Below are positions 9,672 through 20,109 of a stretch of DNA of 64,000 nt, in pieces. The stretch lies in the IMG/VR virus record IMGVR_UViG_3300044715_001755; one strand, 5' to 3'. Position numbers and translations under genes: made by a program. This DNA is from an uncultured virus (IMG/VR IMGVR_UViG_3300044715_001755) (Duplodnaviria > Heunggongvirae > Uroviricota > Caudoviricetes). The stretch's first letter is position 1; each line of letters starts with the position of its first letter. The notes beneath the pieces are model-generated. The model had not been told where the DNA came from, searched no databases, and worked only from the letters and a program-made list of their open reading frames with translations.

Positions 9672-10288
9672 TGGATAAAAAAACAGAAGCATTTATATCT
9701 TTTGTTAAAGATGAATGTAAAAAGAACTCGGTAAAATTCAAACCATACAAGAGATCTTATATCAAGTTAACCGATGATATAAAATGTGGTGGTTTTTTCG
9801 ACGATGGCTCGGATCCAAAATTAAGAAAGGCAACACTAGCTTTTGCACAGGGCAGGAAGGATTTCTTAGAGTTAATGGTGCATGAGTATTGCCACATGAC
9901 ACAATGGATTGATGGTATAGAACTATGGGAAGTAAGTGCTGATTCTTTGACCGTCGTAGATGAGTGGTTATCCGGTGTGGATCACCCGGAAGAATTAGTA
10001 GAGGTCTCTTTAAATAACTCAAGAGAGCTAGAACTCGATAACGAGAAAAGATCCGTTGAGATGTTTAAGAAATGGGATCTTCCTGTTGATACAGCTCTTT
10101 ACACCAAGAAGGCTAATGCTTACGTGATCTTCTACAACTACATGAAGATCAGCCGGAAGTGGTCAAATCCCGACAATGCCCCTTATAGAAATAAAAATAT
10201 AGTAGAGGCTATGTCGGATAAGTTCGATATGGATTATGAAAATCTATCCGAAGAACTCATTGAGCTTTTCAAAAAAGAAAAAATATAA
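9671..10288 (+). CDS. HExxH-containing putative metallopeptidase
   Basis: MVHEYCHMTQW, downstream ELDNE. Confidence 0.5.
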   Translation: MDKKTEAFISFVKDECKKNSVKFKPYKRSYIKLTDDIKCGGFFDDGSDPKLRKATLAFAQGRKDFLELMVHEYCHMTQWIDGIELWEVSADSLTVVDEWLSGVDHPEELVEVSLNNSRELELDNEKRSVEMFKKWDLPVDTALYTKKANAYVIFYNYMKISRKWSNPDNAPYRNKNIVEAMSDKFDMDYENLSEELIELFKKEKI

Positions 10289-10593
10289 TGGCAAAAACAA
10301 AGAGACAGATACTGAATGAACTTCTATCCCCGATAGTAGATAACAGAAGAAGTGGAAAAACAACCCTTCTTAAAATGGGAATTGACAACTACGACAAGCC
10401 CTTTGCTCTTATCTGTAAATCCTACCAAACGGGTAAAGAGATAACAAGCAATCCAAATTGTCTTTACGTGACTCCTTTTTCTCTGGATGCACTCAAGGGA
10501 TTCAAAGGACCGGTTATTTACGATCAGGAATTTGTATACGACTACATCCAACAGGTCCTAAACGAGATTGATGAAAGATGTATAACGAAATAA
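10288..10593 (+). CDS. hypothetical protein with P-loop-like motif
   Basis: RRSGKTT. Confidence 0.55.
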   Translation: MAKTKRQILNELLSPIVDNRRSGKTTLLKMGIDNYDKPFALICKSYQTGKEITSNPNCLYVTPFSLDALKGFKGPVIYDQEFVYDYIQQVLNEIDERCITK

Positions 10594-10594
10594 T

Positions 10595-10978
10595 ATGAAT
10601 CCAATTAGATTACAATATTGGCAATTTCTAAAGGACAATCCTGGGTCTTCATTGACTTTCAATGATTGGAGTGATCTAGGTGAATCACAAAAGAAAGAAA
10701 GAATCGAGGATAATATGGATAGAGTTGAATTGGCTTACCAGAGATACAGAGACCACTTTACAGGATATGGAGATATACCACCAAAAGACTGGTTTACCCA
10801 CGAGGCTTTGGTAAACGATGATTTTTGTGAGCGGTGGGCCAAGGATTGCACAAGAGAGTTATCATACAGCGAGCGGTGGAATATCCTATTAGAAAGAGAT
10901 GGACCACTTGGGCTAAACCACGATAGAATAGAACAGCAAGTAGAAAAAGAAACACCAAAAAGAATATTAACACCATGA
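10595..10978 (+). CDS. hypothetical protein (RELS..ER family)
   Basis: C-terminal half resembles 21444 and 12367. Confidence 0.65.
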   Translation: MNPIRLQYWQFLKDNPGSSLTFNDWSDLGESQKKERIEDNMDRVELAYQRYRDHFTGYGDIPPKDWFTHEALVNDDFCERWAKDCTRELSYSERWNILLERDGPLGLNHDRIEQQVEKETPKRILTP

Positions 10979-11538
10979 CAACAGTAAAAATTAAAAGCGG
11001 AGACTGGGAGGTTGAAGCATCAACCACCAAACATTTTGAATATCCAGACGATACCCGTAGATTTATAACATCAGCAATTGATTCTGCGGTTAAGAACTAC
11101 ATCGAACCAAAAACAACAATCAAGCAATCTGACTTGGACATTAGGGATAACCAGATTGAGCTATTGAAGGAAGATTTGGAGTCTGTGCACATGTATTTAG
11201 ACACGCAAGGCGTTCCAAGGAAAGACGAAATGGGAGAGGTCTACTCTATAGTTGGCAGAATAAAACAAACGGAAAAAAGATTCTTCCGTACTCTATCCGA
11301 GATTGAGTCATCCTATCTTAAAATGGAGAGCAAGAAAGTGGATCCTGATACAGTGGATAAACTCCTAGAAGCTCAGAGAGGAAACTGCTATGTTGCTGTA
11401 CTTACCAAAACAAGAGACGAGGAGATAGCTAAAGCAGCGGGTGCTGCCCCTGAACCTGGGGGTAATTGGAGAGAATATTATGTGAAAGACATAGAGAGTG
11501 AAACCGTTTTAGTTGAATCGATCAATGACGCTGAATAA
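10975..11538 (+). CDS. hypothetical protein
   Basis: ORF with ATGA overlap. Confidence 0.7.
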   Translation: MTTVKIKSGDWEVEASTTKHFEYPDDTRRFITSAIDSAVKNYIEPKTTIKQSDLDIRDNQIELLKEDLESVHMYLDTQGVPRKDEMGEVYSIVGRIKQTEKRFFRTLSEIESSYLKMESKKVDPDTVDKLLEAQRGNCYVAVLTKTRDEEIAKAAGAAPEPGGNWREYYVKDIESETVLVESINDAE

Positions 11539-11577
11539 GCGTCATTTATTTTATACAGCATACCCTCTGTAAAAATG

Positions 11578-11598
11578 CGGGATGCAGTCTTACATTTG
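11578..11598 (+). promoter_or_regulatory. CGG-N10-TAnnTTTG promoter
   Basis: CGGG at 11578, TACATTTG 11591-11598. Confidence 0.65.
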
Positions 11599-11623
11599 AA
11601 AATGGAAATAAAAATAGCAGATT

Positions 11624-11926
11624 ATGTCAGGAGGACACTTTGATTACGATCAATACAGGATAAGACAAATAGCGGATGAGGTTGAGGGTATTATTCTCAA
11701 GAACGGAGAAAAGAGGGAGAGAAGAGAATCCTGGGAGGGTGAGTACTACTATAATTATCCACCTGAGGTTATCGAGAAATTCAAGGAGGGATTAGAGATC
11801 ATAAGAAAGGCTGAAATCTATGCACAGAGAATAGATTGGCTGGTCTCCGGTGATGACGGTGAGGAATCCTTTCTCAGGAGACTCGATCAAGATCTTAAAA
11901 ATTTAGAAAATAATAAAAATGAGTAA
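11624..11926 (+). CDS. phage hypothetical protein
   Basis: MSGGHFDY...RIDWLVSGDDGEESF. Confidence 0.75.
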   Translation: MSGGHFDYDQYRIRQIADEVEGIILKNGEKRERRESWEGEYYYNYPPEVIEKFKEGLEIIRKAEIYAQRIDWLVSGDDGEESFLRRLDQDLKNLENNKNE

Positions 11927-12356
11927 AGCTAGAATCTACCTGGATGACGTGAGAACACCTCTACCGAATCCAACAACCCACGACGTTCCGGAATGGACGG
12001 TGGTTAGAAGTTACGATGAGTTCATAGAGAAGGTAACCGAGATTGGTTTAGAGAATATTGATTTAATCTCACTAGACCATGATCTTGGTGATAGCGCCAT
12101 GAAAGAGTGGCACACCAATGTCTACCACAACTTCAAATTGGACTACGACAACATAACGGAGAAGACCGGGATGGATTGCACCAAGTGGTTGGTTGAGAAG
12201 TGGATGGACGGTGCTCCTGTTTGTACCGTGATGATTCACTCAGCAAATGCAATTGGATCTGCTAATATGATGGGCTACATCAATAACTATAGACACATTA
12301 ATAGGCTGGAGCAGAACTGCTCAAGATGGGTGGTCCCACATAGCTCAAGCTGGTAA
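11919..12356 (+). CDS. cyclic-phosphate-processing receiver-domain protein (RNA-repair associated)
   Basis: IYLDDVR, VRSYDEF, ISLDHDLG, TGMDC, IHSAN-x-x-G. Confidence 0.75.
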   Translation: MSKARIYLDDVRTPLPNPTTHDVPEWTVVRSYDEFIEKVTEIGLENIDLISLDHDLGDSAMKEWHTNVYHNFKLDYDNITEKTGMDCTKWLVEKWMDGAPVCTVMIHSANAIGSANMMGYINNYRHINRLEQNCSRWVVPHSSSW

Positions 12357-12366
12357 ATTAAAACTT

Positions 12367-13540
12367 ATGCAAAGAAGAGAACTAACCTGGGACGAGCAGG
12401 TGCAATGGGTGATGCGAAACACCAACGTCGAATTAGAAAATGTCTACATTGTAGAGGAGATTGCTAAACCAACTACTCCGACCCATATAATTGAAACGTC
12501 GGTTAACGGCAAGACAGCAATCACATACGAGTATAATAATGTGAACTTGAATTAAGGTAACATATGATTATGAAAACACCGATACAACAACTTAAAGACA
12601 ACTACTACAAAATGAGCGAAAGTGAATTTCACTATTGGGTGTCTCAAAACATGGAAACGTTATTAAAAGAAGAGCGTGACATGATAATAAAAGCATATAA
12701 CCGAGATGTAATAGGAGGAATACAAAATTGGTTTATAAGTGACGGAGAGAAATATTATAACCTACATTATAGGGGAGAAAATAAGGGGATAGAATATAAA
12801 TCAGAACCAGACCAAAACTACACATTCGAAGACGGAGTATGAGTAAAGAAGAAATACCTACCATTGATTTAAAATTAGAAACCAAAGAAGTGAAGGTTGG
12901 TGTAGTTTATACACCTTGGATGCTAATCGAAACCCCATACATTATTTTTTCAGATAAAGACGGCACACGAAAAATCTGGACAAAAAACAAATGGAAAATA
13001 GTATTATATTATCTTTATAGGGTAACGAGAATTGAATGGTTTATAAAAAAATACAACAAAATACCTAGATAAGAAAATAGAAAGTTATGAGTAAAAGAAT
13101 TTATAAAACTTGGGAAGATATCTATCCACTAACCTTAATTAACCTACGTTTCGGTGGATATGTAGCTTTTAATTCTGAAGAGGACGCAAGTTTCGTACAA
13201 GAAGTAAATACTGAAGAAGTGTCATATCAACTTGCCGAGTGGTTAGAAAAGAAAGTAGAGCCATGTCCTTATGGTGTTGGTAATACAATTATGGATGCTA
13301 TGAATAATCTATTAGAAGTAATGAATAAACAATAGAAAGTTATAAATAAATTCAAAATAAATAAAAATGGAAAATTTACAAATTAAAATCGTAATCACCG
13401 ATGGTGAAAAAGAGGCTAAGACATCAATCAATGTTGAGGATTATCAAATGGTGAAAGAACTGCACGGTGTTAGTTTAATAGACGAGCAAGTTGATGTTTT
13501 ACTTAACGAAATCAAAAAATCAATCTCACCCAATAATTAA
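12367..13540 (+). CDS. run of five small hypothetical ORFs (12367-12555, 12564-12842, 12839-13072, 13087-13335, 13367-13540)
   Basis: tightly packed co-directional ORFs; 13367-13540 (57 aa, MENLQIKIV...) read by hand. Confidence 0.6.
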
Positions 13541-13546
13541 AAAGTT

Positions 13547-14662
13547 ATGGATAATAAATTAGACCAACAATACCAAACATTACTTCAAACCATTTTAGAT
13601 TTTGGGGTGGAGAAGAAAGACCGAACTGGTACAGGAACCAAATCAATTTTTGGTTATACCATTCGTCATAATATGAAAGATGGATTTCCACTTCTTACAA
13701 CCAAGAAGATGGCTTGGAAAACTATGGTAACTGAATTACTTTGGTTTTTAAGAGGTGATACAAACATCAAATACCTTGTTGATAACAATTGTCATATCTG
13801 GGATGGTGATGCTTATAAGAGATATGTTGATAGTGATGAAGTAAGATGGCCAAAGAGTAAAGAAGATTTTATTGAACATATCAAAACAGATGATGAGTTT
13901 GCTTATAAGTGGGGTGACTTAGGTCCAATTTATGGTAAGCAATGGAGAAGTTGGGGTAAATTTAATGAGGAAGTTTACACCAGACAAATTAGGGAAGTAC
14001 CTAAAGGTGGTAGGTTTGCTGAAACACGAAATGTTAATTGGGTTGGGGGAAGTGAAGTTGTTTACATAGACCAAATCGCAAACCTAATCAACGACCTTAA
14101 AACAAATCCAGACTCAAGACGATTAATGGTTAATGCTTATAATATTGGAGAACTGGACACGATGGTGCTTCCTCCTTGTCATTATGGATTTCAAGTTTAT
14201 ACGAGAGAGTTGAAGTTAGGTGAGAGAAAAAAATTAGCTAATTATACTTCTGAATTTGTATCACCTATGACAGTTGAATCTTGGGATAGAAATAACATTC
14301 CAACTAGAGCAATCTCTTTAATATACAATGCCAGAAGTCAAGACGTACCGCTCGGAACCCCCTTCAATATCAGTTCATATGCTTTGTTATTAGAAATAAT
14401 CGCCAAGATGACTAATATGGTTCCAGATGAATTGATTGCAAATATGGGGGATTGTCATATTTACTTGAATCAAATTGATGGAGTTAAAGAACAACTAAAA
14501 AGAGATCCATATCCTCTAGCAATATTGAAGCATTCAAAGGCAGATGATTTTTATAAATCCCTATCTGAAGATTTGAGTTTATTAACACATTTGGATAGCA
14601 CTGATTTTATTATTGAAAATTATCAATCCCATCCAACAATAAAAATGCCTCTCTCCAATTAA
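13547..14662 (+). CDS. thyA: thymidylate synthase
   Basis: DRTGTGT, FPLLTTKK, ELLWFLRG, IWD, LGPIYGKQWR, DSRR, LPPCH, RSQD, PFN, GDCHIY. Confidence 0.97.
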   Translation: MDNKLDQQYQTLLQTILDFGVEKKDRTGTGTKSIFGYTIRHNMKDGFPLLTTKKMAWKTMVTELLWFLRGDTNIKYLVDNNCHIWDGDAYKRYVDSDEVRWPKSKEDFIEHIKTDDEFAYKWGDLGPIYGKQWRSWGKFNEEVYTRQIREVPKGGRFAETRNVNWVGGSEVVYIDQIANLINDLKTNPDSRRLMVNAYNIGELDTMVLPPCHYGFQVYTRELKLGERKKLANYTSEFVSPMTVESWDRNNIPTRAISLIYNARSQDVPLGTPFNISSYALLLEIIAKMTNMVPDELIANMGDCHIYLNQIDGVKEQLKRDPYPLAILKHSKADDFYKSLSEDLSLLTHLDSTDFIIENYQSHPTIKMPLSN

Positions 14663-14678
14663 AAAATAATTTATTAAT

Positions 14679-15635
14679 ATGATACACTTTTTAAGAAACA
14701 AAATCAACCAAACAATTATAGAGTGCGAGGTCTATAAAGACGATTTAAGCGCGGGAACTAACATTGAAAATTACTCAATGATATTGATTGACTTGCACAA
14801 TAATGATTTACGTTATCCATTTATCAATGACATATCAGAATTGGACCAGATTAGAGGTTGGTGGTGGGAAATGGCCATGGATAGTGGGGATTACAAATCA
14901 ATAGACGACTTTGTTAAGGAGAAGTTTATGGTAGTTGCAAAGAAATACGATTTGAATTACGTAACTGATTAAAAAAATCACACCATGGCAAAGAAATCTC
15001 CAACGACTAAGATCCACGTCAACCAGCACAATATCAGATCCAATAAGACAAAGGGTACTGATTTGCCAGTGATCACAATAAAGCAGGGCAGAACTAACAC
15101 TTACTGCAATGCTGTTGAGATTCTTGGTCCGAGCAAAATAATATACAGCGGAGCTGGTTGCGACACTAAAGCACTACTGGGATGTGGAGCTAGGGTTGTA
15201 ATAGAAACAGAATCTGAAATTAAAATCATAGAATAAAATGCCAGACATTAAGGATCTAAGAAAAGAAGAAATGGAGGAGATCATAGATTTCTATTATTCG
15301 ATTGAAGAATCCGGTCACATCTTCTATGGTGACAACACGGAGCTAGAAGGTCCGTTCAAGAAGATAATGGAAGGCATAGAAGAGATAAGAGCAATTCAAA
15401 ACAAATACTGGAGTTACTAATAATATCAATAATGAACGAGAAAAAAGAAGCGGGTACCTTCAATTATGTGAAGACCCATGAGGCTATTCGGAATATCGAA
15501 TACCTGACAAAAAGATTTAAAAGAAATAGAATGTCCACAGAGAAGTACATCATGGAGGTTAATCAGAACCTAGCCAACATGACTACTCAGAGGAACTATA
15601 TGGAATATCTAAAGGGCATAGGGCAATTAAACTAA
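14679..15635 (+). CDS. four small hypothetical ORFs (14679-14972, 14985-15236, 15238-15420, 15432-15635)
   Basis: packed co-directional ORFs. Confidence 0.6.
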
Positions 15636-16049
15636 TTGGAAGACAAGAAGAAATATCCGGATAATGTGGTATGGAGCGAGGATAGAGGATTCTATCCAAG
15701 CAAGCTGGCCTACGGAAGCAACGTTGGTGCCCCCGCCATAATACCAGAGGATGTCTCTTCATGGAAAAACGAGAAGATACTCAAAGCTAACTCTTATTAC
15801 AAGAAAAAATTTGACGAGCTATTAGAAGAGTATAAAAAGTTACAGGAGGAGTTAGAGTGGAATAAAATAGTTTACTCATCGAATTATTCTTTCCAGCCTA
15901 TTCCCGGGGAGAGGTATAATCTATATCTTAGAGAAAATGGAGATGTTTTTCTTTCAATGATTGGTCCAGAAGAATGGGATCAGGTTCACGTGGGAACATT
16001 TATTCTAGATTCCGATAACAAATGGAAAAAATTACAAAATTTCAGGTAG
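15636..16049 (+). CDS. DUF2452-like protein
   Basis: YGSNVGAPAI, VYSSNYSFQPIPGERYNLY, FLSMIGPEEW. Confidence 0.65.
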   Translation: MEDKKKYPDNVVWSEDRGFYPSKLAYGSNVGAPAIIPEDVSSWKNEKILKANSYYKKKFDELLEEYKKLQEELEWNKIVYSSNYSFQPIPGERYNLYLRENGDVFLSMIGPEEWDQVHVGTFILDSDNKWKKLQNFR

Positions 16050-16108
16050 GCGGTAAAACCTATAAAATAAAGGGTGTTAAATTAAATAAAAATTAATATT
16101 TTTGAGAT

Positions 16109-16273
16109 ATGAAAATAATAGCTTTCTTCATGGTCTGTATGGCTTTGGTCATCATCTGCATTGGAATAATTATACTGGGCGAGTGGATTAGAGTCAAACG
16201 GCCTAATTCAAGATTTGTCAAATGGTGGGATAAACACATAGCGACACATGTTGACGATAGTTTCGATATTTAA
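16109..16273 (+). CDS. small membrane protein (not in ORF track)
   Basis: MKIIAFFMVCMALVIICIGIIILGEW...; 54 aa. Confidence 0.6.
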   Translation: MKIIAFFMVCMALVIICIGIIILGEWIRVKRPNSRFVKWWDKHIATHVDDSFDI

Positions 16274-16305
16274 GAAACATCTTTATTGATCAATGTATAA
16301 TACAC

Positions 16306-16506
16306 ATGAATAAATTTCAGATAAGATTTAGAGACATAGATCCGGATACGGGACTCAACTCTCAGGATATATTAATAGCACAGTGCGAGGGTGAAGAAAT
16401 GTCTAAGTGGGTAAAGCAATCAATAGAGAAGGAATGGTACAGTGAGAACGGTCCACAGGATCCGAATAGAGAGTTCTATATTTTGGAGTGCTCTATTAGT
16501 CTCTAG
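16306..16506 (+). CDS. hypothetical protein
   Basis: ORF. Confidence 0.6.
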   Translation: MNKFQIRFRDIDPDTGLNSQDILIAQCEGEEMSKWVKQSIEKEWYSENGPQDPNREFYILECSISL

Positions 16507-16529
16507 GATAGATATAATAAAAAAAAATT

Positions 16530-16682
16530 ATGAAGAGAATAGAAAAAGTAACTTTCGCAATTATGACAGGTTTAGCCTTGGTATTACTAATAGGTATTTT
16601 AACCTCCTGCGTATCTAAGCATCAGAAATGTGCGGCTTACGATAAAGATAAGACCCATGAGTGCTGCGGGGAAAGTAAATAG
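16530..16682 (+). CDS. small Cys-rich lipoprotein (not in ORF track)
   Basis: MKRIEKVTFAIMTGLALVLLIGILTS-C lipobox, then VSKHQKCAAYDKDKTHECCGESK. Confidence 0.6.
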   Translation: MKRIEKVTFAIMTGLALVLLIGILTSCVSKHQKCAAYDKDKTHECCGESK

Positions 16683-16821
16683 TAAATCTTGGGTTAGATT
16701 TCCAAACGAGAGCTACTTTGAGAAAATTAATTTAGATCTCTCCGAATTCAAACCGGATCAGGAATTTGAAGATGAGACCTTTGGCTGGTACAAAGGAATC
16801 TACGTCTCTGTTAAAAATTAA
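16657..16821 (+). CDS. hypothetical protein
   Basis: ORF from ATG 16657. Confidence 0.5.
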   Translation: MSAAGKVNSKSWVRFPNESYFEKINLDLSEFKPDQEFEDETFGWYKGIYVSVKN

Positions 16822-16826
16822 ATGTG

Positions 16827-16854
16827 AAAATCCTCTGAAACCAGAGGATTTTTT
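16827..16854 (+). terminator. intrinsic terminator abutting next promoter
   Basis: AAAATCCTCTG-aaac-CAGAGGATTTTTT. Confidence 0.75.
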
Positions 16855-16880
16855 ACGGGGATCTGATTTAGATTAGCGAT

Positions 16881-17270
16881 ATGAAACAACTGATTCTATT
16901 AAGAGGTTTACCTGGAAGCGGTAAATCAACAGTAGCAAAACTATTTGATAAAGCCCTTCATTTTGAGGCTGACATGTATTTCTTGGATGCAGACGGTAAC
17001 TATCAGTTTGATGCCTCGAAAATCAAAAATGCACATAACTGGTGTCGTCATTCGGTAATGGATGCTATGAAAGAAGGTCACCCGATCGTTGTCGTGTCAA
17101 ACACATTTACCCAGGAATGGGAAATGGAAGTATATTATCTTTTAGCTGAAGAACTTGGCTATCGTGTAACTTCCATGATTGTTGAAAATAGGCATGATGG
17201 CAAAAATATACACGGATGTCCGGATGATAAAATAGAGCAAATGAAAACCAGATTTGAAATTAGTCTATAA
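16881..17270 (+). CDS. P-loop kinase (AAA_33 / polynucleotide 5'-kinase-like)
   Basis: LLRGLPGSGKST, EADMYF, AHNWC, VVSNTF, HGCP...MKTRFE. Confidence 0.8.
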   Translation: MKQLILLRGLPGSGKSTVAKLFDKALHFEADMYFLDADGNYQFDASKIKNAHNWCRHSVMDAMKEGHPIVVVSNTFTQEWEMEVYYLLAEELGYRVTSMIVENRHDGKNIHGCPDDKIEQMKTRFEISL

Positions 17271-17276
17271 TAACTT

Positions 17277-17870
17277 ATGAAGATTTTATTTTTGGATCAT
17301 GATGGCGTAATCTGCTTAGACAACAACTGGGGTTCAAGAAGAAAGAAACAGGACAAGTGGGGAGGCAGAAAGCTTTCTATGTCGCTCAAAGAAATTCCTC
17401 TTGAGTACAGATTCGATAACTTCGATAAGAAAGCGATAGATGTTCTGAACGAGATCCTTGAGACAACAGGAGCAGAGATAGTGGTTTCGTCCGATTGGAA
17501 AGCATGGGCTTCTATAGAGCAGATGGGAGAGTACTACGAGATGCAGGGCATAATCAAGAAACCAATTGCATACACTAAGAATCTAGGACAATGTAGCTTT
17601 CAGGACACAAAGTCTTTCATTTGGTCTGTAACATATGATCTAGAGCAATCTAGATACGTGGAGATCACTCAGTATCTAATGGACCACCCGGAGATCACCC
17701 ATTGGGTGTCAGTTGATGATCTACACATGGGAAGACACGTAGAGAACAGCAAGTATGGCGCATTCGATAGAGACGACTGGGGACTTGAAAACTTTGTTTG
17801 GACGCCCAGACCAAGCGAGGGAATTAAACAATCTGGGGTTAAAGAGAAAATTTTGAAATACCTATCATAA
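17277..17870 (+). CDS. HAD-domain phosphatase (Swiss-army-knife RNA repair type)
   Basis: ILFLDHDGV, IVVSSDW, WVSVDD. Confidence 0.75.
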   Translation: MKILFLDHDGVICLDNNWGSRRKKQDKWGGRKLSMSLKEIPLEYRFDNFDKKAIDVLNEILETTGAEIVVSSDWKAWASIEQMGEYYEMQGIIKKPIAYTKNLGQCSFQDTKSFIWSVTYDLEQSRYVEITQYLMDHPEITHWVSVDDLHMGRHVENSKYGAFDRDDWGLENFVWTPRPSEGIKQSGVKEKILKYLS

Positions 17871-17871
17871 T

Positions 17872-19017
17872 ATGGAGAACAATAATTCAGTGTGCTATGT
17901 AGCACGCATAAATGAAATCAAAGAAATTCCGGGATCGGATAATATCGAGCAAGGTGTTATTGGAGGATGGAATTGTATTATCAAGAAGGGAGAATACAAA
18001 GTAGATGACTTAGTGGTTGTAGCAACTACAGATGCAGTCATTCCTCAAGAATTATCAGACGCAATGAACGTAACCAACTACTTACGTAAAGGTCAACGTG
18101 TACGTACTGTTAAGTTAAGAGGGGTGTATTCAGAGTGTTTGATTATTCCAATCACATATGTTCAAGGTGTTAAACGAGTTGAAGGTATAGATGTAATGGA
18201 TATGCTAAAGATCTTCAAGTACGAGCCACCCGTGGTACAAGTACAATTAGCATCAGGTCGTAAGATCAGATATCAGAAGAATCCAAACTTCCACGTCTAC
18301 CACAAGTTTCCAAATCTAAAGAATGTGCCTGATATGTTCGATGAAGAGGATCACGTACAGATCACCAGAAAAATGCACGGTACAAATGCTAGATACGGCA
18401 TCGTGAAAAAGATAAAGCTTTCATTCTGGGACAAGTTTAAGAAATTCTTCCGACTAGCAGACGAGTGGATCGAGTACGAATATGTGTATGGCTCTCACAA
18501 CGTGGAGAAGGGGTCTGACTCTCAGGGATTTTATGATACTGACGTCTGGATGAAAGTGGCTGACAAATTTGAACTCAAAGAAAAATTATGGAACCTATTC
18601 AAGGTCGCTAAATCAACTGGGGCTTACCAGGTAGACAACGGGATAGTCATCTATGGTGAGATCTTCGGTCCAGGCATCCAGAAGAACTATGACTATGGGC
18701 TTGAGGAAATTGAGTTTGAGGTTTTCGACATTACTATGAATGGGGAATACCTAGACCCAATGAGAACCCTATATTTCTGTGATAACATACTTCTACTTCC
18801 CCACGTCAAAGTTCTTTACACCGGGTTTTGGTTTCAGGAGGTACAGGATAAGCACGTCTTTGGTAACTTTATAGAGGGAACAAAAATTCCACACGAGGGT
18901 GTAGTTATCAAGCATCACACGGGAGAAAGAAACAAAGTGGCTAAAGTTATCAACCCTGAGTATTTGACGTTTGATGAAAAGAATAATTCGGAGGAGGATA
19001 TAAAATATGCACATTAA
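17872..19017 (+). CDS. ATP-dependent RNA ligase (DRB0094/Rnl2-like, N-terminal OB domain)
   Basis: KLRGVYSE; motif I KMHGTN; YGEIFG; EVFDI; HEGVVIK; KVINPEY. Confidence 0.85.
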   Translation: MENNNSVCYVARINEIKEIPGSDNIEQGVIGGWNCIIKKGEYKVDDLVVVATTDAVIPQELSDAMNVTNYLRKGQRVRTVKLRGVYSECLIIPITYVQGVKRVEGIDVMDMLKIFKYEPPVVQVQLASGRKIRYQKNPNFHVYHKFPNLKNVPDMFDEEDHVQITRKMHGTNARYGIVKKIKLSFWDKFKKFFRLADEWIEYEYVYGSHNVEKGSDSQGFYDTDVWMKVADKFELKEKLWNLFKVAKSTGAYQVDNGIVIYGEIFGPGIQKNYDYGLEEIEFEVFDITMNGEYLDPMRTLYFCDNILLLPHVKVLYTGFWFQEVQDKHVFGNFIEGTKIPHEGVVIKHHTGERNKVAKVINPEYLTFDEKNNSEEDIKYAH

Positions 19018-19127
19018 CAAAGGTATCTAAACGATAGCGTTATGGCAATTAACGGTCTAAAAAATACTGGATACTGTATTCATTGGTTATTGCACCGATT
19101 TTGTTTTACCCAATTCTTTTATTTTAA

Positions 19128-19817
19128 ATGAATTATTTAAAAATCTATAATCAGATCATAGACAGAGCTAATCAAAGAATATTAGAAAAAAATATCTATG
19201 CAGAAAGCCATCATATAATACCAAAATGTATGGGCGGTACTAACGATCCGGGTAACATTGCAGAGCTCACTGGGAGGGAACATTTTATATGTCATTGGCT
19301 TCTTGCTAGAATTCATCCGGACAATAAAGGATTAATACATGCATTTTGGATGATGTCGAATTGTAAAGGAAAAAATAGATACTCTCCATCTAGTAGAGCA
19401 TATAATGAAGCTAAAATTCTGCATTCCCTTGCAGTTTCTGAAAGCTCATTTGGTAAAAAATTAAGTGAATTTACTAAATCTAAAATAAGTAAATCTAACT
19501 TGGGTAAAAGAAGGACTGATGTACAGAAAAAAAATATATCAGAATCACTAAAGGACAGAGATAATGGCTGGAATGACAAAAAACATTCGGATGATTCTAA
19601 GATTAAAATGGCAAATGCTAAAATAGGTAAAAAGGCTTCTGATGAAACTAAATTAAAAATGAGTATTTCTAGAATAGGTAAAAAGCATACGGAGGAAGCA
19701 AAAAAAAATATGTCGAATAACATGAAGGGTATATCAAAGAAAAAATACGAGTGCGACATATGCGGTATATTAATCGGAGGGGTATTTAATTTTAAAAGAC
19801 ATAAAGATTCACACTAA
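19128..19817 (+). mobile_element. free-standing HNH homing endonuclease with NUMOD3-like repeats
   Basis: HHIIPKCMGG...N...LTGREHFICHWLL; repeated GKKxSEETKxKMS; AT-rich. Confidence 0.85.
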
Positions 19818-19869
19818 AATATATTACATTTCACATTATAATTTAAACAGAGCTTAAAAACAAAAAAAA

Positions 19870-20109
19870 ATGAAAAAGAAACAAACTGCGGTTGAATTAT
19901 TAGAGCAACAATTAAAGGAGAGGTACTCTCTTATGAACTCTGAACCACTATTTGAACAAGCCAAGCAAATGGAGAAGGAGCAGGTTGAAGATGCTTATCA
20001 AAAGGGCAGATTTAGCGGCCAAACCAATTGGGGTTACGGTAATGATGTAACAGCAGAACAATACTACAACGAAACTTACGGAGAAACTAAAACTAAAGAA
20101 AAGCTATGA
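19870..20109 (+). CDS. KQTAVE-family small protein, copy 1
   Basis: KQTAVELL...EQAKQMEKEQ...AEQYYNETYG. Confidence 0.7.
   Translation: MKKKQTAVELLEQQLKERYSLMNSEPLFEQAKQMEKEQVEDAYQKGRFSGQTNWGYGNDVTAEQYYNETYGETKTKEKL

Noticed and set aside
13547..14662. Intron or intein in thyA (longer than E. coli ThyA)
   Set aside because: Frame is continuous; extra segments are short in-frame insertions without intein or endonuclease motifs
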